Position numbers and translations under genes: made by a program
Shown here: piece after piece, positions 28,609 to 35,836 of the stretch
Layout of the letters: the number at the start of each line of letters is the position of its first letter
Numbering within the stretch: position 1 is the stretch's first letter
The notes under the pieces: generated by a model
What the model saw: only the letters and a program-made list of their open reading frames with translations
Database searches by the model: none
Told to the model about the DNA's origin: nothing
Virus record (IMG/VR): IMGVR_UViG_3300044723_001057
Span: 1-57,321 of that record
DNA length: 57,321 nucleotides
Strand: one strand, 5' to 3'
Origin: a virus
Taxonomy: Duplodnaviria > Caudoviricetes

Positions 28609-28805
28609 TAAATACCTACACCTTTTTTATTACATTTAACCTTTAAACCTATAGTAGGAGGTGTTTGGTCTGCCGACACAAAGTCTTCCATCATTTCTGA
28701 TGCCCTCGCCTTACACTCTAACTCAGTTTTATATGGCCCTTTACTATCATGTAATTCTACACAATCATTATTTAATAAGCAAACTAAAATTACCACTTCA
28801 AACAT
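28608..28805 (-). CDS. Small Cys-containing protein with hydrophobic N-terminus
   Basis: 65 aa; stop overlaps terL ATG; GPYKTELEC...VKC. Confidence 0.6.
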   Translation of the reverse strand: MFEVVILVCLLNNDCVELHDSKGPYKTELECKARASEMMEDFVSADQTPPTIGLKVKCNKKGVGI

Positions 28806-28826
28806 TTTATTTGCTTTCTATAAAAG

Positions 28827-29398
28827 TGTTGCATAATTGCAACAGTCATTATGACAATCGTATTATAGCATATTGCGTCTTTGTAAGAAATATGTTATTT
28901 TCTATTTAGTCCCAAAGGGGTAAATATATACCCCCCCCATATACCCGACACACCTCCACGTAAAGATAACACAAGACAACACAAGCTAGCCATAACTATG
29001 AATCCCCCCGGACTAATACTAATATTTTTATAATATGAATGACCCTTGTTTTTTTGTAAATATATGTCAGGGGTATATTATATATATAAATGTCAAGCAG
29101 TTTTTTTGGTAGGGGTTATCTAAAGATACTTCCCAATCTGTCAAGATTTTGACCAAAGAATCCTTTTCCCAACACAAAGTGTTGCATAAATGTCACAGTC
29201 AAGTAAAATCTTTATAGATTTTATCAAGTTAAGTGTTGCATAAATGTCACACTTCATGTGTATGCATAGCCCCTGTCAATTCCTTGACACCCATACCCGC
29301 CCCTATGTCATTTAATTGACACTCTTAGTGTCAAAACTTTGACAGTTCTATGAAGATTCTTTAGAATCTTTCCAAGAGGATGTGTATTATGTCACACA
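28827..29398. promoter_or_regulatory. Four TGT-N12-ACA palindromic sites
   Basis: TGTTGCATAATTGCAACA 28827-28844; TGTTGCATAAATGTCACA 29180-29197 and 29234-29251; TGTGTATTATGTCACACA 29381-29398. Confidence 0.55.
28873..28901 (+). promoter_or_regulatory. Candidate rightward sigma70 promoter
   Basis: TTGCGT-17 nt-TATTTT with TGn extension. Confidence 0.35.
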
Positions 29399-29530
29399 TC
29401 ACCACATCACCCAGACCTACACAATCCAATCATGTACACGTAAAGTATTGATATATCTTATTATTATCTTATGATAATAAGATATATCAAGATACCAAGT
29501 TGGCAATCAGTCATCGTCAAATTTTTGACA
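29139..29530. promoter_or_regulatory. Five TGTCA-N6-TGACA palindromic sites (a sixth at 30680-30695)
   Basis: 29139-29154, 29274-29289, 29306-29321, 29329-29344, 29515-29530; at most one mismatch to consensus. Confidence 0.6.
29448..29490. repeat. Hairpin element A
   Basis: TTGATATATCTTATTAT-tatcttatg-ATAATAAGATATATCAA; perfect 17-bp arms. Confidence 0.8.
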
Positions 29531-29622
29531 GTTTGATGAGGCTTTCACAAGCACTCACAGGCCGCATGATGAGGCATATGACGAGGCTAAATTCCAATTG
29601 GAATTACCAGATTTGGTAGGGT

Positions 29623-29664
29623 TTAATATATATCTCTCTCTCTTATGAGAGAGATATATGTTAA
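29623..29664. repeat. Hairpin element B
   Basis: TTAATATATATCTCTCTC-tcttat-GAGAGAGATATATGTTAA. Confidence 0.9.
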
Positions 29665-29685
29665 GATAACGGTTTTGGAGGCCGA

Positions 29686-29811
29686 ATGACAACACAAACC
29701 TAGCTTCATGCTAGACATACAGAGCCAGCTTTAGCTGGTGACTGCGTACTGCCTAAGAGTGCTTGGCATGGCATCAAGTTGCACTATAAACTGCCAATTA
29801 CGAGGATTTAA
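29686..29811 (+). pseudogene. Amber-interrupted small ORF between hairpins B and C
   Basis: GGAGG RBS, ATG 29686, TAG at codon 6, then open frame to TAA 29809-29811 inside the TTAA of hairpin C. Confidence 0.4.
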
Positions 29812-29849
29812 TATATATCTCTCTCTCTTATGAGAGAGATATATTTTAA
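29808..29849. repeat. Hairpin element C
   Basis: TTAATATATATCTCTCTC-tcttat-GAGAGAGATATATTTTAA. Confidence 0.9.
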
Positions 29850-29863
29850 GATGGGGATTTGTA

Positions 29864-30085
29864 ATGATACCAATGAAAGACTTTCCAGAATACTTTGAAG
29901 GCTATAAAGCCGCCAAAGAATTTGTAAAACAAGAGTGTCAACTTTTTGACACTTCTGATGCTTATGAAAAAGCTATGGAAGGTTCAGATAATGAACCTCA
30001 TAGGTATGAAGAAATACATGACCCTTGGCAACAAGGGTGGCGTGGTTTCTTTCAGGACTTTGCTCTTGGCAGAGTTAAACTTTAG
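29864..30085 (+). CDS. Early hypothetical protein
   Basis: 73 aa between hairpins C and D; GGGG RBS. Confidence 0.7.
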   Translation: MIPMKDFPEYFEGYKAAKEFVKQECQLFDTSDAYEKAMEGSDNEPHRYEEIHDPWQQGWRGFFQDFALGRVKL

Positions 30086-30088
30086 GTT

Positions 30089-30130
30089 TTAATATACTTA
30101 TCTCTCTCTTATGAGAGATAAGTTTATTAA
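30089..30130. repeat. Hairpin element D
   Basis: TTAATATACTTATCTCTC-tcttat-GAGAGATAAGTTTATTAA. Confidence 0.9.
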
Positions 30131-30155
30131 GTAAACGGTTTAGGAGTCCGGAAAA

Positions 30156-30323
30156 ATGAACATTAAAATCCAAGCCACTTCATGGGAAGTGAATCAAGAA
30201 ACTTTGTTTGAAGTTTCTACTACAGATGGGGAAGTCTTAGCCATTGTAGATGGCTCTGAAGTCTCTGATATTGTCTCATTTGGTTTTGTCCATGAAGGAC
30301 AAATCTTAGCATTGGAGAATTAA
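30156..30323 (+). CDS. Early hypothetical protein
   Basis: Read manually: MNIKIQATSWEV...ILALEN, 55 aa; AGGAG RBS. Confidence 0.65.
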   Translation: MNIKIQATSWEVNQETLFEVSTTDGEVLAIVDGSEVSDIVSFGFVHEGQILALEN

Positions 30324-30326
30324 GAC

Positions 30327-30530
30327 ATGGAAAACTTCTACTCTGTTGAAGTTTATGATGCGAAAAGCAATCAGTGGGGTATATATTCCAGAAACAAATA
30401 TCTTGAATCTGCTATGAAGATAGCAGATTATGCACATAATGATGTGGGAACCGCCTTTGGCGGTGGTAAGAAAGTGGTTCGCATTTCACTGAATGGTGAA
30501 ATAATTTATGATACTTTGTCGGAGGTTTAA
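30327..30530 (+). CDS. Early hypothetical protein
   Basis: 67 aa; GGAG RBS. Confidence 0.7.
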   Translation: MENFYSVEVYDAKSNQWGIYSRNKYLESAMKIADYAHNDVGTAFGGGKKVVRISLNGEIIYDTLSEV

Positions 30531-30534
30531 GACA

Positions 30535-30693
30535 ATGTTTGATTATCTTATGGGTTTATATTTCATAGTCACTGCAATGATAGTGGGGACTATGGCATAC
30601 ATGGATGGGCTAGGGTTCTTTGTCCTAGCCTCAGTGGTAGTAGCAGTCTCTGGACTGGTACTGATTATTGACAGCCAGATGTCAAAAAATTGA
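30535..30693 (+). CDS. Small two-TM membrane protein
   Basis: 52 aa from ATG 30535; GGAGG RBS; two hydrophobic stretches. Confidence 0.65.
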   Translation: MFDYLMGLYFIVTAMIVGTMAYMDGLGFFVLASVVVAVSGLVLIIDSQMSKN

Positions 30694-30701
30694 CACAGGT
30701 T

Positions 30702-30744
30702 TTAATATACATATCTCTCTCTTTATGAGAGATATGTTTATTAA
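30702..30744. repeat. Hairpin element E
   Basis: TTAATATACATATCTCTC-tctttat-GAGAGATATGTTTATTAA; compensatory change relative to D. Confidence 0.9.
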
Positions 30745-30810
30745 GTATAGCAGATTCCGGCTTGGCAATGGTGCTGGTCGGATTAACAGCCAACAAGAGG
30801 AGATTCTTAC

Positions 30811-31065
30811 ATGGCTTTCAAAAACTCTTTTCACCGTTCATCTGCAACGCTTGCGGCTCTGGTCTTATCCAGAGCGAGGCATGAAGATGCTTTGAAGCAA
30901 GACGAACATGACTTATTCAGTCATTTGTTTGTCAAGTCGGTTGACCAGATGGCAACTGACATTGTTGGTGAAAAGGTTTGGAACATTCTTGTTAAGAAAG
31001 AATGTTTTGAGCCTCATTCGGTAAGGCTTACTATTCGGCATCTAAATGCCGGATTTGAGGACTAG
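30811..31065 (+). CDS. Early hypothetical protein
   Basis: 84 aa; GAGGAG RBS. Confidence 0.7.
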   Translation: MAFKNSFHRSSATLAALVLSRARHEDALKQDEHDLFSHLFVKSVDQMATDIVGEKVWNILVKKECFEPHSVRLTIRHLNAGFED

Positions 31066-31073
31066 GCCGGACA

Positions 31074-31117
31074 TTAAATAAATACTACCTACTACTTATG
31101 TAGGTAGTATTTTTTAA
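31074..31117. repeat. Hairpin element F
   Basis: TTAAATAAATACTACCTAC-tacttat-GTAGGTAGTATTTTTTAA. Confidence 0.9.
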
Positions 31118-31131
31118 GAAGGAATTTTGAA

Positions 31132-31368
31132 ATGCTGAAATTGACAAAAACAAAATCATCACAATGGATGGGCAACGGCTTCGGCAATGATAATGCCGAA
31201 TGGGTTGTTGTCGGTCATGAAAATGTAGCAGTCAAAAAACTTGGCTTCTACTGGTATGCTGTAGACTTGAATGAATACACCATGTTCAACAATAGACAAG
31301 TCAATAAAAAGATAGCACGTTCTGAAACTAAGAAAGGCTTGCTTGAAATTTTGGCTGATAAGATTTAA
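31132..31368 (+). CDS. Early hypothetical protein
   Basis: 78 aa; AAGGA RBS; stop lies within hairpin G. Confidence 0.7.
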   Translation: MLKLTKTKSSQWMGNGFGNDNAEWVVVGHENVAVKKLGFYWYAVDLNEYTMFNNRQVNKKIARSETKKGLLEILADKI

Positions 31369-31408
31369 ATAAATACTCTCTACTACTTATGTAGAGAGTA
31401 TTTTTTAA
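31365..31408. repeat. Hairpin element G
   Basis: TTAAATAAATACTCTCTAC-tacttat-GTAGAGAGTATTTTTTAA; compensatory AC/GT to CT/AG change relative to F. Confidence 0.9.
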
Positions 31409-31423
31409 GATGGAGATTTTGGG

Positions 31424-31600
31424 ATGACCTATGACGAATATGTAAAAACTTATGAAGCTATGCTTACTGAATACCTCAACAACTATAAGCCAACAAACAT
31501 ACCATCTGAAGTTAAACAGATGGTAGCAGCGGCAGATAAGCTTGTTGACTTTGAAGAAACCTACCCAGCTTATGCTGAAAAGTATGAAGCACAATTCTAG
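31424..31600 (+). CDS. Early hypothetical protein
   Basis: Read manually: MTYDEYVKTYEAML...EKYEAQF, 58 aa; GGAG RBS; bounded by hairpins G and H. Confidence 0.7.
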   Translation: MTYDEYVKTYEAMLTEYLNNYKPTNIPSEVKQMVAAADKLVDFEETYPAYAEKYEAQF

Positions 31601-31603
31601 TAA

Positions 31604-31648
31604 TTAAATAAATAGTGTATATACTTTAGTGTATACACTATTTTTTAA
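31604..31648. repeat. Hairpin element H
   Basis: TTAAATAAATAGTGTATA-tactttagtg-TATACACTATTTTTTAA. Confidence 0.85.
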
Positions 31649-31663
31649 GATGGAGATTTGAGA

Positions 31664-31816
31664 ATGGTTGAGACAAAATATGACAATGATGTATACTATA
31701 GGCTATGTGATGAAGCCTATGAAGAATTGAGGCTTTACTATCAGGACGACTATGCTTTAGCATCTGCCGCCATAGACTTGGCAATGAAACGGTATGACGA
31801 AATGGAGAATGTATAA
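31664..31816 (+). CDS. Small acidic early protein
   Basis: Read manually: MVETKYDNDVYYRLC...EMENV, 50 aa; GGAG RBS; stop overlaps the next ATG. Confidence 0.65.
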   Translation: MVETKYDNDVYYRLCDEAYEELRLYYQDDYALASAAIDLAMKRYDEMENV

Positions 31817-32439
31817 TGTTTGCGAAGCACCAAGTAAAAATTATGAAATGGGCAATGAAAAATGCTGATAACATTTTTCTTTTAATCTTGATGGTGTCGT
31901 TGTCTATTCGGCAACCATGGGCAGTAATTGGTAAACAATTACAAGATGTCCAAGCTAATGGTTCTAATTCCAAATACCTATTTGGAAGTAAGAAAGATTT
32001 GTATTTCCATGTAATGGAAAACAAACAAGCTATCTTTCAACTATTGAAAGACACCAAAGCTGGTAAAGTTTCACAAGCTGAATGCTTGTATAACCTTACA
32101 AACATCCCCGGCCTTGGCCTTGCCAAAGCTGGCTTTGTAATGCAATTGGCAATCGGCATGGCTGGCTGTATAGATAGTCACAATGTGACTATGTTTGGTG
32201 TCAATCCTAATGCTTTGAAGATGGGTAAAGTCAAGGCTGAGAAAGCCTTGGAGAAAGCCAAGATGTATCTTGACCTATGCGAAAAGCTAGGTGGTACAGA
32301 ATTTCTATGGGATAACTGGTGCAACTTTGTTGCAGTCCGGCATCCTAAACATTTCCAAGATGGCAATGATGTCTCTGCGAGACATTGTTCTTACCTTGGA
32401 ATTAAACCTCAGTCTTTTGTAGAAAGACTGTTTAGCTAG
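31816..32439 (+). CDS. HhH-GPD superfamily DNA glycosylase-like protein
   Basis: HhH motif LTNIPGLGLAKAGF followed by CIDSHN (VDTHV-equivalent catalytic Asp). Confidence 0.6.
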   Translation: MFAKHQVKIMKWAMKNADNIFLLILMVSLSIRQPWAVIGKQLQDVQANGSNSKYLFGSKKDLYFHVMENKQAIFQLLKDTKAGKVSQAECLYNLTNIPGLGLAKAGFVMQLAIGMAGCIDSHNVTMFGVNPNALKMGKVKAEKALEKAKMYLDLCEKLGGTEFLWDNWCNFVAVRHPKHFQDGNDVSARHCSYLGIKPQSFVERLFS

Positions 32440-32450
32440 GAGATAGTGTT

Positions 32451-32723
32451 ATGAAATGGCGTAACATGATGCGTGATTCTGAAATACAATGGCTTACCTT
32501 GACAGGTAAGACAAGGCATGGTAAGAACCGCATAAATCAACATGGCATCCATTGGCTAGTATTAGCCGATGGAATGTTTGATGGTAGAGAGGCATGGCTT
32601 TTACGTTCTATAAATAGAACAGATAAAGGTGGCTTTGATGGAAGATGGGTACATAAAAATGGTGACAATAACTTTATTGTCAAAGGCTTAGATAAAGAAA
32701 CAGGAGCGATGGTATGTCTGTAA
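32451..32723 (+). CDS. Early hypothetical protein
   Basis: 90 aa; AGGAG RBS; GKTRHGKNRINQHG. Confidence 0.7.
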   Translation: MKWRNMMRDSEIQWLTLTGKTRHGKNRINQHGIHWLVLADGMFDGREAWLLRSINRTDKGGFDGRWVHKNGDNNFIVKGLDKETGAMVCL

Positions 32724-33046
32724 GATATGATGTAGATAGAATGACTTTTGATATTGTCAAAGATGGATTGCTGGAATCATTGCAAGAAAGCAAAGATGAA
32801 ATCTTTAACAACCAATATCCAGAGGATATGTTGCATGAAATTGTGGACAGTAATGTCCCAATTTATCACAGTGATTTGGCAGACATTCTGTCTGGCGATA
32901 CAAGCTTTGCATATGTAGATGATTCTGGCTTAATGCCAGAACATCCAGATGTGTGGCAAATCATTAGCATTTCAATATATGAAAGGCTAAGTGATATTGC
33001 ATACCTATGGTTTGAAGAAAACAGATTGGAGTTTGACCATGACTAG
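32714..33046 (+). CDS. ocr: Ocr-like DNA-mimic anti-restriction protein (T7 gp0.3 family)
   Basis: LHEIVDSNVPIYHSD...DDSGLMPEHPDV...IYERL aligns by eye with T7 Ocr IHMAADNAVPHYYAD...EDSGLMPDTKDV...IYEQL; acidic; 110 aa. Confidence 0.8.
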   Translation: MSVRYDVDRMTFDIVKDGLLESLQESKDEIFNNQYPEDMLHEIVDSNVPIYHSDLADILSGDTSFAYVDDSGLMPEHPDVWQIISISIYERLSDIAYLWFEENRLEFDHD

Positions 33047-33200
33047 GCAAGAATTTTGGGAGTGGATGGCAACCTGTCCTGCAAAAGAGGATTCAGACTT
33101 TTCTACTATTAAAAAGTCTGGATGGTTTGTTGCAGATGATGGCGGCACTGACGCTAGAATATTCTTTTACTTTGAAGAGGAGCATGACGAAGATGCATAG
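33039..33200 (+). CDS. Early hypothetical protein
   Basis: 53 aa from ATG 33039 (MTRQEFWEW); GGAG RBS. Confidence 0.6.
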   Translation: MTRQEFWEWMATCPAKEDSDFSTIKKSGWFVADDGGTDARIFFYFEEEHDEDA

Positions 33201-33423
33201 AAACTGTATCCACTTACTTGGTTCTGACCAAGTATTCTCTGGAGTTATCTGGCGCGAAGAGGATAACTCTGCCGAAGATACCGCTTGGAAAATCCAATCA
33301 TTATTGGATGCCGCTTACCAATTATGTGAGGGGCAGACAGGCGGTGACCATAGAGCCGCCGAAGTTATGGTTGATAACTATCTCAACCAATGGCAGAGAA
33401 CGGGCATGGTTGACTTGCCCTAA
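33193..33423 (+). CDS. Early hypothetical protein
   Basis: 76 aa from ATG 33193; GAGGAG RBS; stop abuts hairpin I. Confidence 0.6.
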   Translation: MHRNCIHLLGSDQVFSGVIWREEDNSAEDTAWKIQSLLDAAYQLCEGQTGGDHRAAEVMVDNYLNQWQRTGMVDLP

Positions 33424-33466
33424 TTAAATATATATAACCCTCTCTTATGAGGGTTATATATTTTAA
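33424..33466. repeat. Hairpin element I
   Basis: TTAAATATATATAACCCTC-tcttat-GAGGGTTATATATTTTAA. Confidence 0.9.
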
Positions 33467-33489
33467 GACATCCAAATGGAGATTGGAAA

Positions 33490-33714
33490 ATGAACGAATT
33501 GTTTTTGGTAAATGTCAACTATGATGTGACTGGTAACTACCCATCTTGGGTATGCCAGAAAGCTACACATAGTTTATCAGAGGCTTCAGCTTGGGCTGAA
33601 GAAATACGTCTGGATAATTGGGAAGTCAAAGTCCAGTCAATCTTAATCAACGACAAGGGTTATGTAGAGGATACACCTTGGCGGTGGGAACCAAAGCAAA
33701 AGGAGAATGCGTAA
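33490..33714 (+). CDS. Early hypothetical protein
   Basis: 74 aa; GGAG RBS. Confidence 0.7.
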   Translation: MNELFLVNVNYDVTGNYPSWVCQKATHSLSEASAWAEEIRLDNWEVKVQSILINDKGYVEDTPWRWEPKQKENA

Positions 33715-33935
33715 TGTCTGGTGCAGATTATGTATACAATAGAAAAGATGGTGGTCAAACATACTGCTATGGCAGTATAGAGTGGGACAGTAATTTCTCT
33801 GTTGTCTGCGACAATGAATACAATGATGGTATTTGGTGTGGCGATGAGGGGTTTACCCCTAAGACATGGCTTCAAGTATGTGAATACTTGGAGAAGTATT
33901 ACGACAGTAAAATAGAACAATTGGAGACTTGCTAA
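33714..33935 (+). CDS. Early hypothetical protein
   Basis: 73 aa from ATG 33714; AAGGAG RBS; TAATG coupling. Confidence 0.7.
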   Translation: MSGADYVYNRKDGGQTYCYGSIEWDSNFSVVCDNEYNDGIWCGDEGFTPKTWLQVCEYLEKYYDSKIEQLETC

Positions 33936-34186
33936 TGTCTGAATGGCGCAATATAAAAATCCCATTGTCATGGGATTCACAAAACCAATTCTACCTATCT
34001 ATATTTCAGACTGATATGGACACACTTGAATGTGTCCCTGTCAGGAGATATAAGGATGGGGAGACAATCTTGATTGGGGAACCAATCAGGTTTAGTAACT
34101 CTGGGGAACTGGAAGTTTTACTTTCGGATGCACACAGAGGTATCTTTGACACATGGCTAACTGAAATGGAGAAAAATTGTGGCTAA
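33935..34186 (+). CDS. Early hypothetical protein
   Basis: 83 aa from ATG 33935; GGAG RBS. Confidence 0.65.
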   Translation: MSEWRNIKIPLSWDSQNQFYLSIFQTDMDTLECVPVRRYKDGETILIGEPIRFSNSGELEVLLSDAHRGIFDTWLTEMEKNCG

Positions 34187-34301
34187 AAAGAAACTGATTT
34201 GGAAAGACAAAAGCTGGAAGCTTGAACGTAAAATTAAACGCCAAGTCAAGTATGACTTGGTGTGGAAAAATTTACTAACCCCAGAACAGAAAGGAGCATA
34301 G
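34179..34301 (+). CDS. Small basic protein
   Basis: Read manually: GTG start, MAKKKLIWKDKSWK..., 40 aa; GGAG RBS. Confidence 0.45.
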   Translation: MAKKKLIWKDKSWKLERKIKRQVKYDLVWKNLLTPEQKGA

Positions 34302-34303
34302 AT

Positions 34304-34483
34304 ATGCAAGTCAAGATTGTTGTAAAGAATAAGAACGTGGTGCGTAATCCAATTGGAAATAAGAACCTACGGTTTGTGACTAAAGATGGTCGCATTTCAA
34401 ACAATCAGGGTTACCTTTGTGTGTCTCGCTGTCTAAAGACAGGTCAGTTTACTGAGAGAAACACATTTGAACTTGACATCTAA
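34304..34483 (+). CDS. Small basic protein
   Basis: 59 aa from ATG 34304; AAGGAG RBS. Confidence 0.65.
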   Translation: MQVKIVVKNKNVVRNPIGNKNLRFVTKDGRISNNQGYLCVSRCLKTGQFTERNTFELDI

Positions 34484-34489
34484 CCACTT

Positions 34490-34532
34490 TTATAATACTA
34501 CCTACTATAGAAATGTAGTAGGTAGTATATAA
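34490..34532. repeat. Hairpin element J (divergent)
   Basis: ATACTACCTACTA-tagaaatg-TAGTAGGTAGTAT core; shares its stem with F; TTGACA at 34473. Confidence 0.75.
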
Positions 34533-34555
34533 TCAACTTGAAAATAGGAACTGAG

Positions 34556-34726
34556 ATGCAAAACATCATAACATATGTAGCAGAAAAGAAAGACGTACAG
34601 GCCGTGAAGGACTGGTACTTTGGACAGTATCCATATCTTGGATATGATACTAGGGTAGCAAAAGAATATGTGAATGACGAAGGAAAGGTAGAGATTACCT
34701 TTGAACGTCTGGCATCTTGTGATTAG
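34556..34726 (+). CDS. Early hypothetical protein
   Basis: 56 aa from ATG 34556; YPYLGYDT...RLASCD. Confidence 0.65.
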   Translation: MQNIITYVAEKKDVQAVKDWYFGQYPYLGYDTRVAKEYVNDEGKVEITFERLASCD

Positions 34727-34740
34727 AAAGGAGAATAACC

Positions 34741-35025
34741 GTGGCTAAAAATCCATTTGCAAAAACAGTAGACGTAGATAATGCCTATGCAACTTACCGT
34801 GTGGAGAATCCATCAAACGGTATGTACTTTGAATGGAAAGTTTTGAAGGCATGGCAAGGCCGTGATAAGGAAGATACCAAGCCTTATTCAAGATGGTTCT
34901 GTGCAGTTAAGTCACCTATGACTTATGATAGCTGGGAGATGGGTGACGTTTATGTCTCTGAAATCAAACAGTTAGCAGACCTAATTCATGCAACACCTGA
35001 ATGGAAATCTTATGAAAAAGTATGA
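34741..35025 (+). CDS. Early hypothetical protein
   Basis: 94 aa; GTG start with AAGGAG RBS; WFCAVKSPMTYDSWEMGDVY. Confidence 0.7.
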   Translation: MAKNPFAKTVDVDNAYATYRVENPSNGMYFEWKVLKAWQGRDKEDTKPYSRWFCAVKSPMTYDSWEMGDVYVSEIKQLADLIHATPEWKSYEKV

Positions 35026-35185
35026 GATACGAGCAATAGATGCAGTCCAAAAGACATACGTCTTAGAAGCTGAGACTGCCGAAGAAGCAATTGAAATGGT
35101 GATTGAGCAGGACGCAAGTCCTGTTCATGAAGAAATTATTCTTAGCGAAATAGAGGAAGCGAAGGAGATTAAATATGTCAACTAA
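35012..35185 (+). CDS. Small acidic hypothetical protein
   Basis: MKKYEIRA...EAETAEEAIE; start uncertain. Confidence 0.55.
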   Translation: MKKYEIRAIDAVQKTYVLEAETAEEAIEMVIEQDASPVHEEIILSEIEEAKEIKYVN

Positions 35186-35363
35186 GAAAATGATGTTACC
35201 ATGTGAAGATGTGAGTACAATGATTATAAATATGTGGGACAGTTACCATTCTCTTAAACAGAATGGTTATCTGAACTCTGCAGAAAAGGTATTGGAAATC
35301 ATACTAAAGTATGATAATAAACTTAGGAAGAATGGCTATTGGAAGGACGAAAGCAATGACTGA
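35175..35363 (+). CDS. Hypothetical protein
   Basis: 62 aa; AAGGAG RBS. Confidence 0.6.
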   Translation: MSTKKMMLPCEDVSTMIINMWDSYHSLKQNGYLNSAEKVLEIILKYDNKLRKNGYWKDESND

Positions 35364-35646
35364 CAACTATGACAGTGGCTTTGACCTTGTGTTATCAGAA
35401 GATGAACGCAAGGCTTTGATTAAACATTACAAAGAAGAATGTTTGCCTCACTATCAGTCTGATAGCGAAGAAGATTTGTGGTATAGCCTACATATAGGTG
35501 ATAGGGAGTTTGACATTAACATCTGGACTGACGACATGACTGAACAACAGGTGTGTGCAGTCTATGAATGTGATTGGATAAACGACAACTGGCAAGCTAA
35601 CTGCCGACACAGATGGACACTTACAGAGGAGATTGAAAATGTTTGA
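35356..35646 (+). CDS. Acidic hypothetical protein
   Basis: 96 aa from ATG 35356; AAGGA RBS. Confidence 0.65.
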   Translation: MTDNYDSGFDLVLSEDERKALIKHYKEECLPHYQSDSEEDLWYSLHIGDREFDINIWTDDMTEQQVCAVYECDWINDNWQANCRHRWTLTEEIENV

Positions 35647-35836
35647 CCCAAATAAAACCTACGGCATTACAGTTTGGAATATGCCTGTAGCCGTAATTGA
35701 TTACGAAGCTGACGATTATGTTCGTAATGAGGATGGCAGTATCAAGCTATTCCATATACCAAACTGTGACTACTCATACATCTGTGATGGTATAGATTTA
35801 GATGACCTATGGGAGATTGAAGATGCTGTTGCATGA
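35639..35836 (+). CDS. Acidic hypothetical protein
   Basis: 65 aa from ATG 35639; GAGGAG RBS. Confidence 0.65.
   Translation: MFDPNKTYGITVWNMPVAVIDYEADDYVRNEDGSIKLFHIPNCDYSYICDGIDLDDLWEIEDAVA

Noticed and set aside
29180-29251. Pho boxes
   Set aside because: The half-sites are inverted, and the GTCAY-like units are not spaced at the 11-bp period of PhoB sites.
29780-29811. tmRNA-like resume context (ATAAACT GCC AAT)
   Set aside because: No acceptor stem, T-arm or CCA end nearby, and the peptide does not end in an AA-type tag.
34473-34496. Perfect TTGACA/TATAAT promoter
   Set aside because: The spacer is only 12 nt; a 17-nt spacer gives TACTAC instead, so the consensus pair cannot be used together on linear DNA.
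29448-34532. Hairpin repeats as a CRISPR array
   Set aside because: The intervening sequences are about 130-1800 nt and protein-coding, the repeats vary in sequence, and there is no cas operon; the Cas4-like nuclease sits in the replication module.
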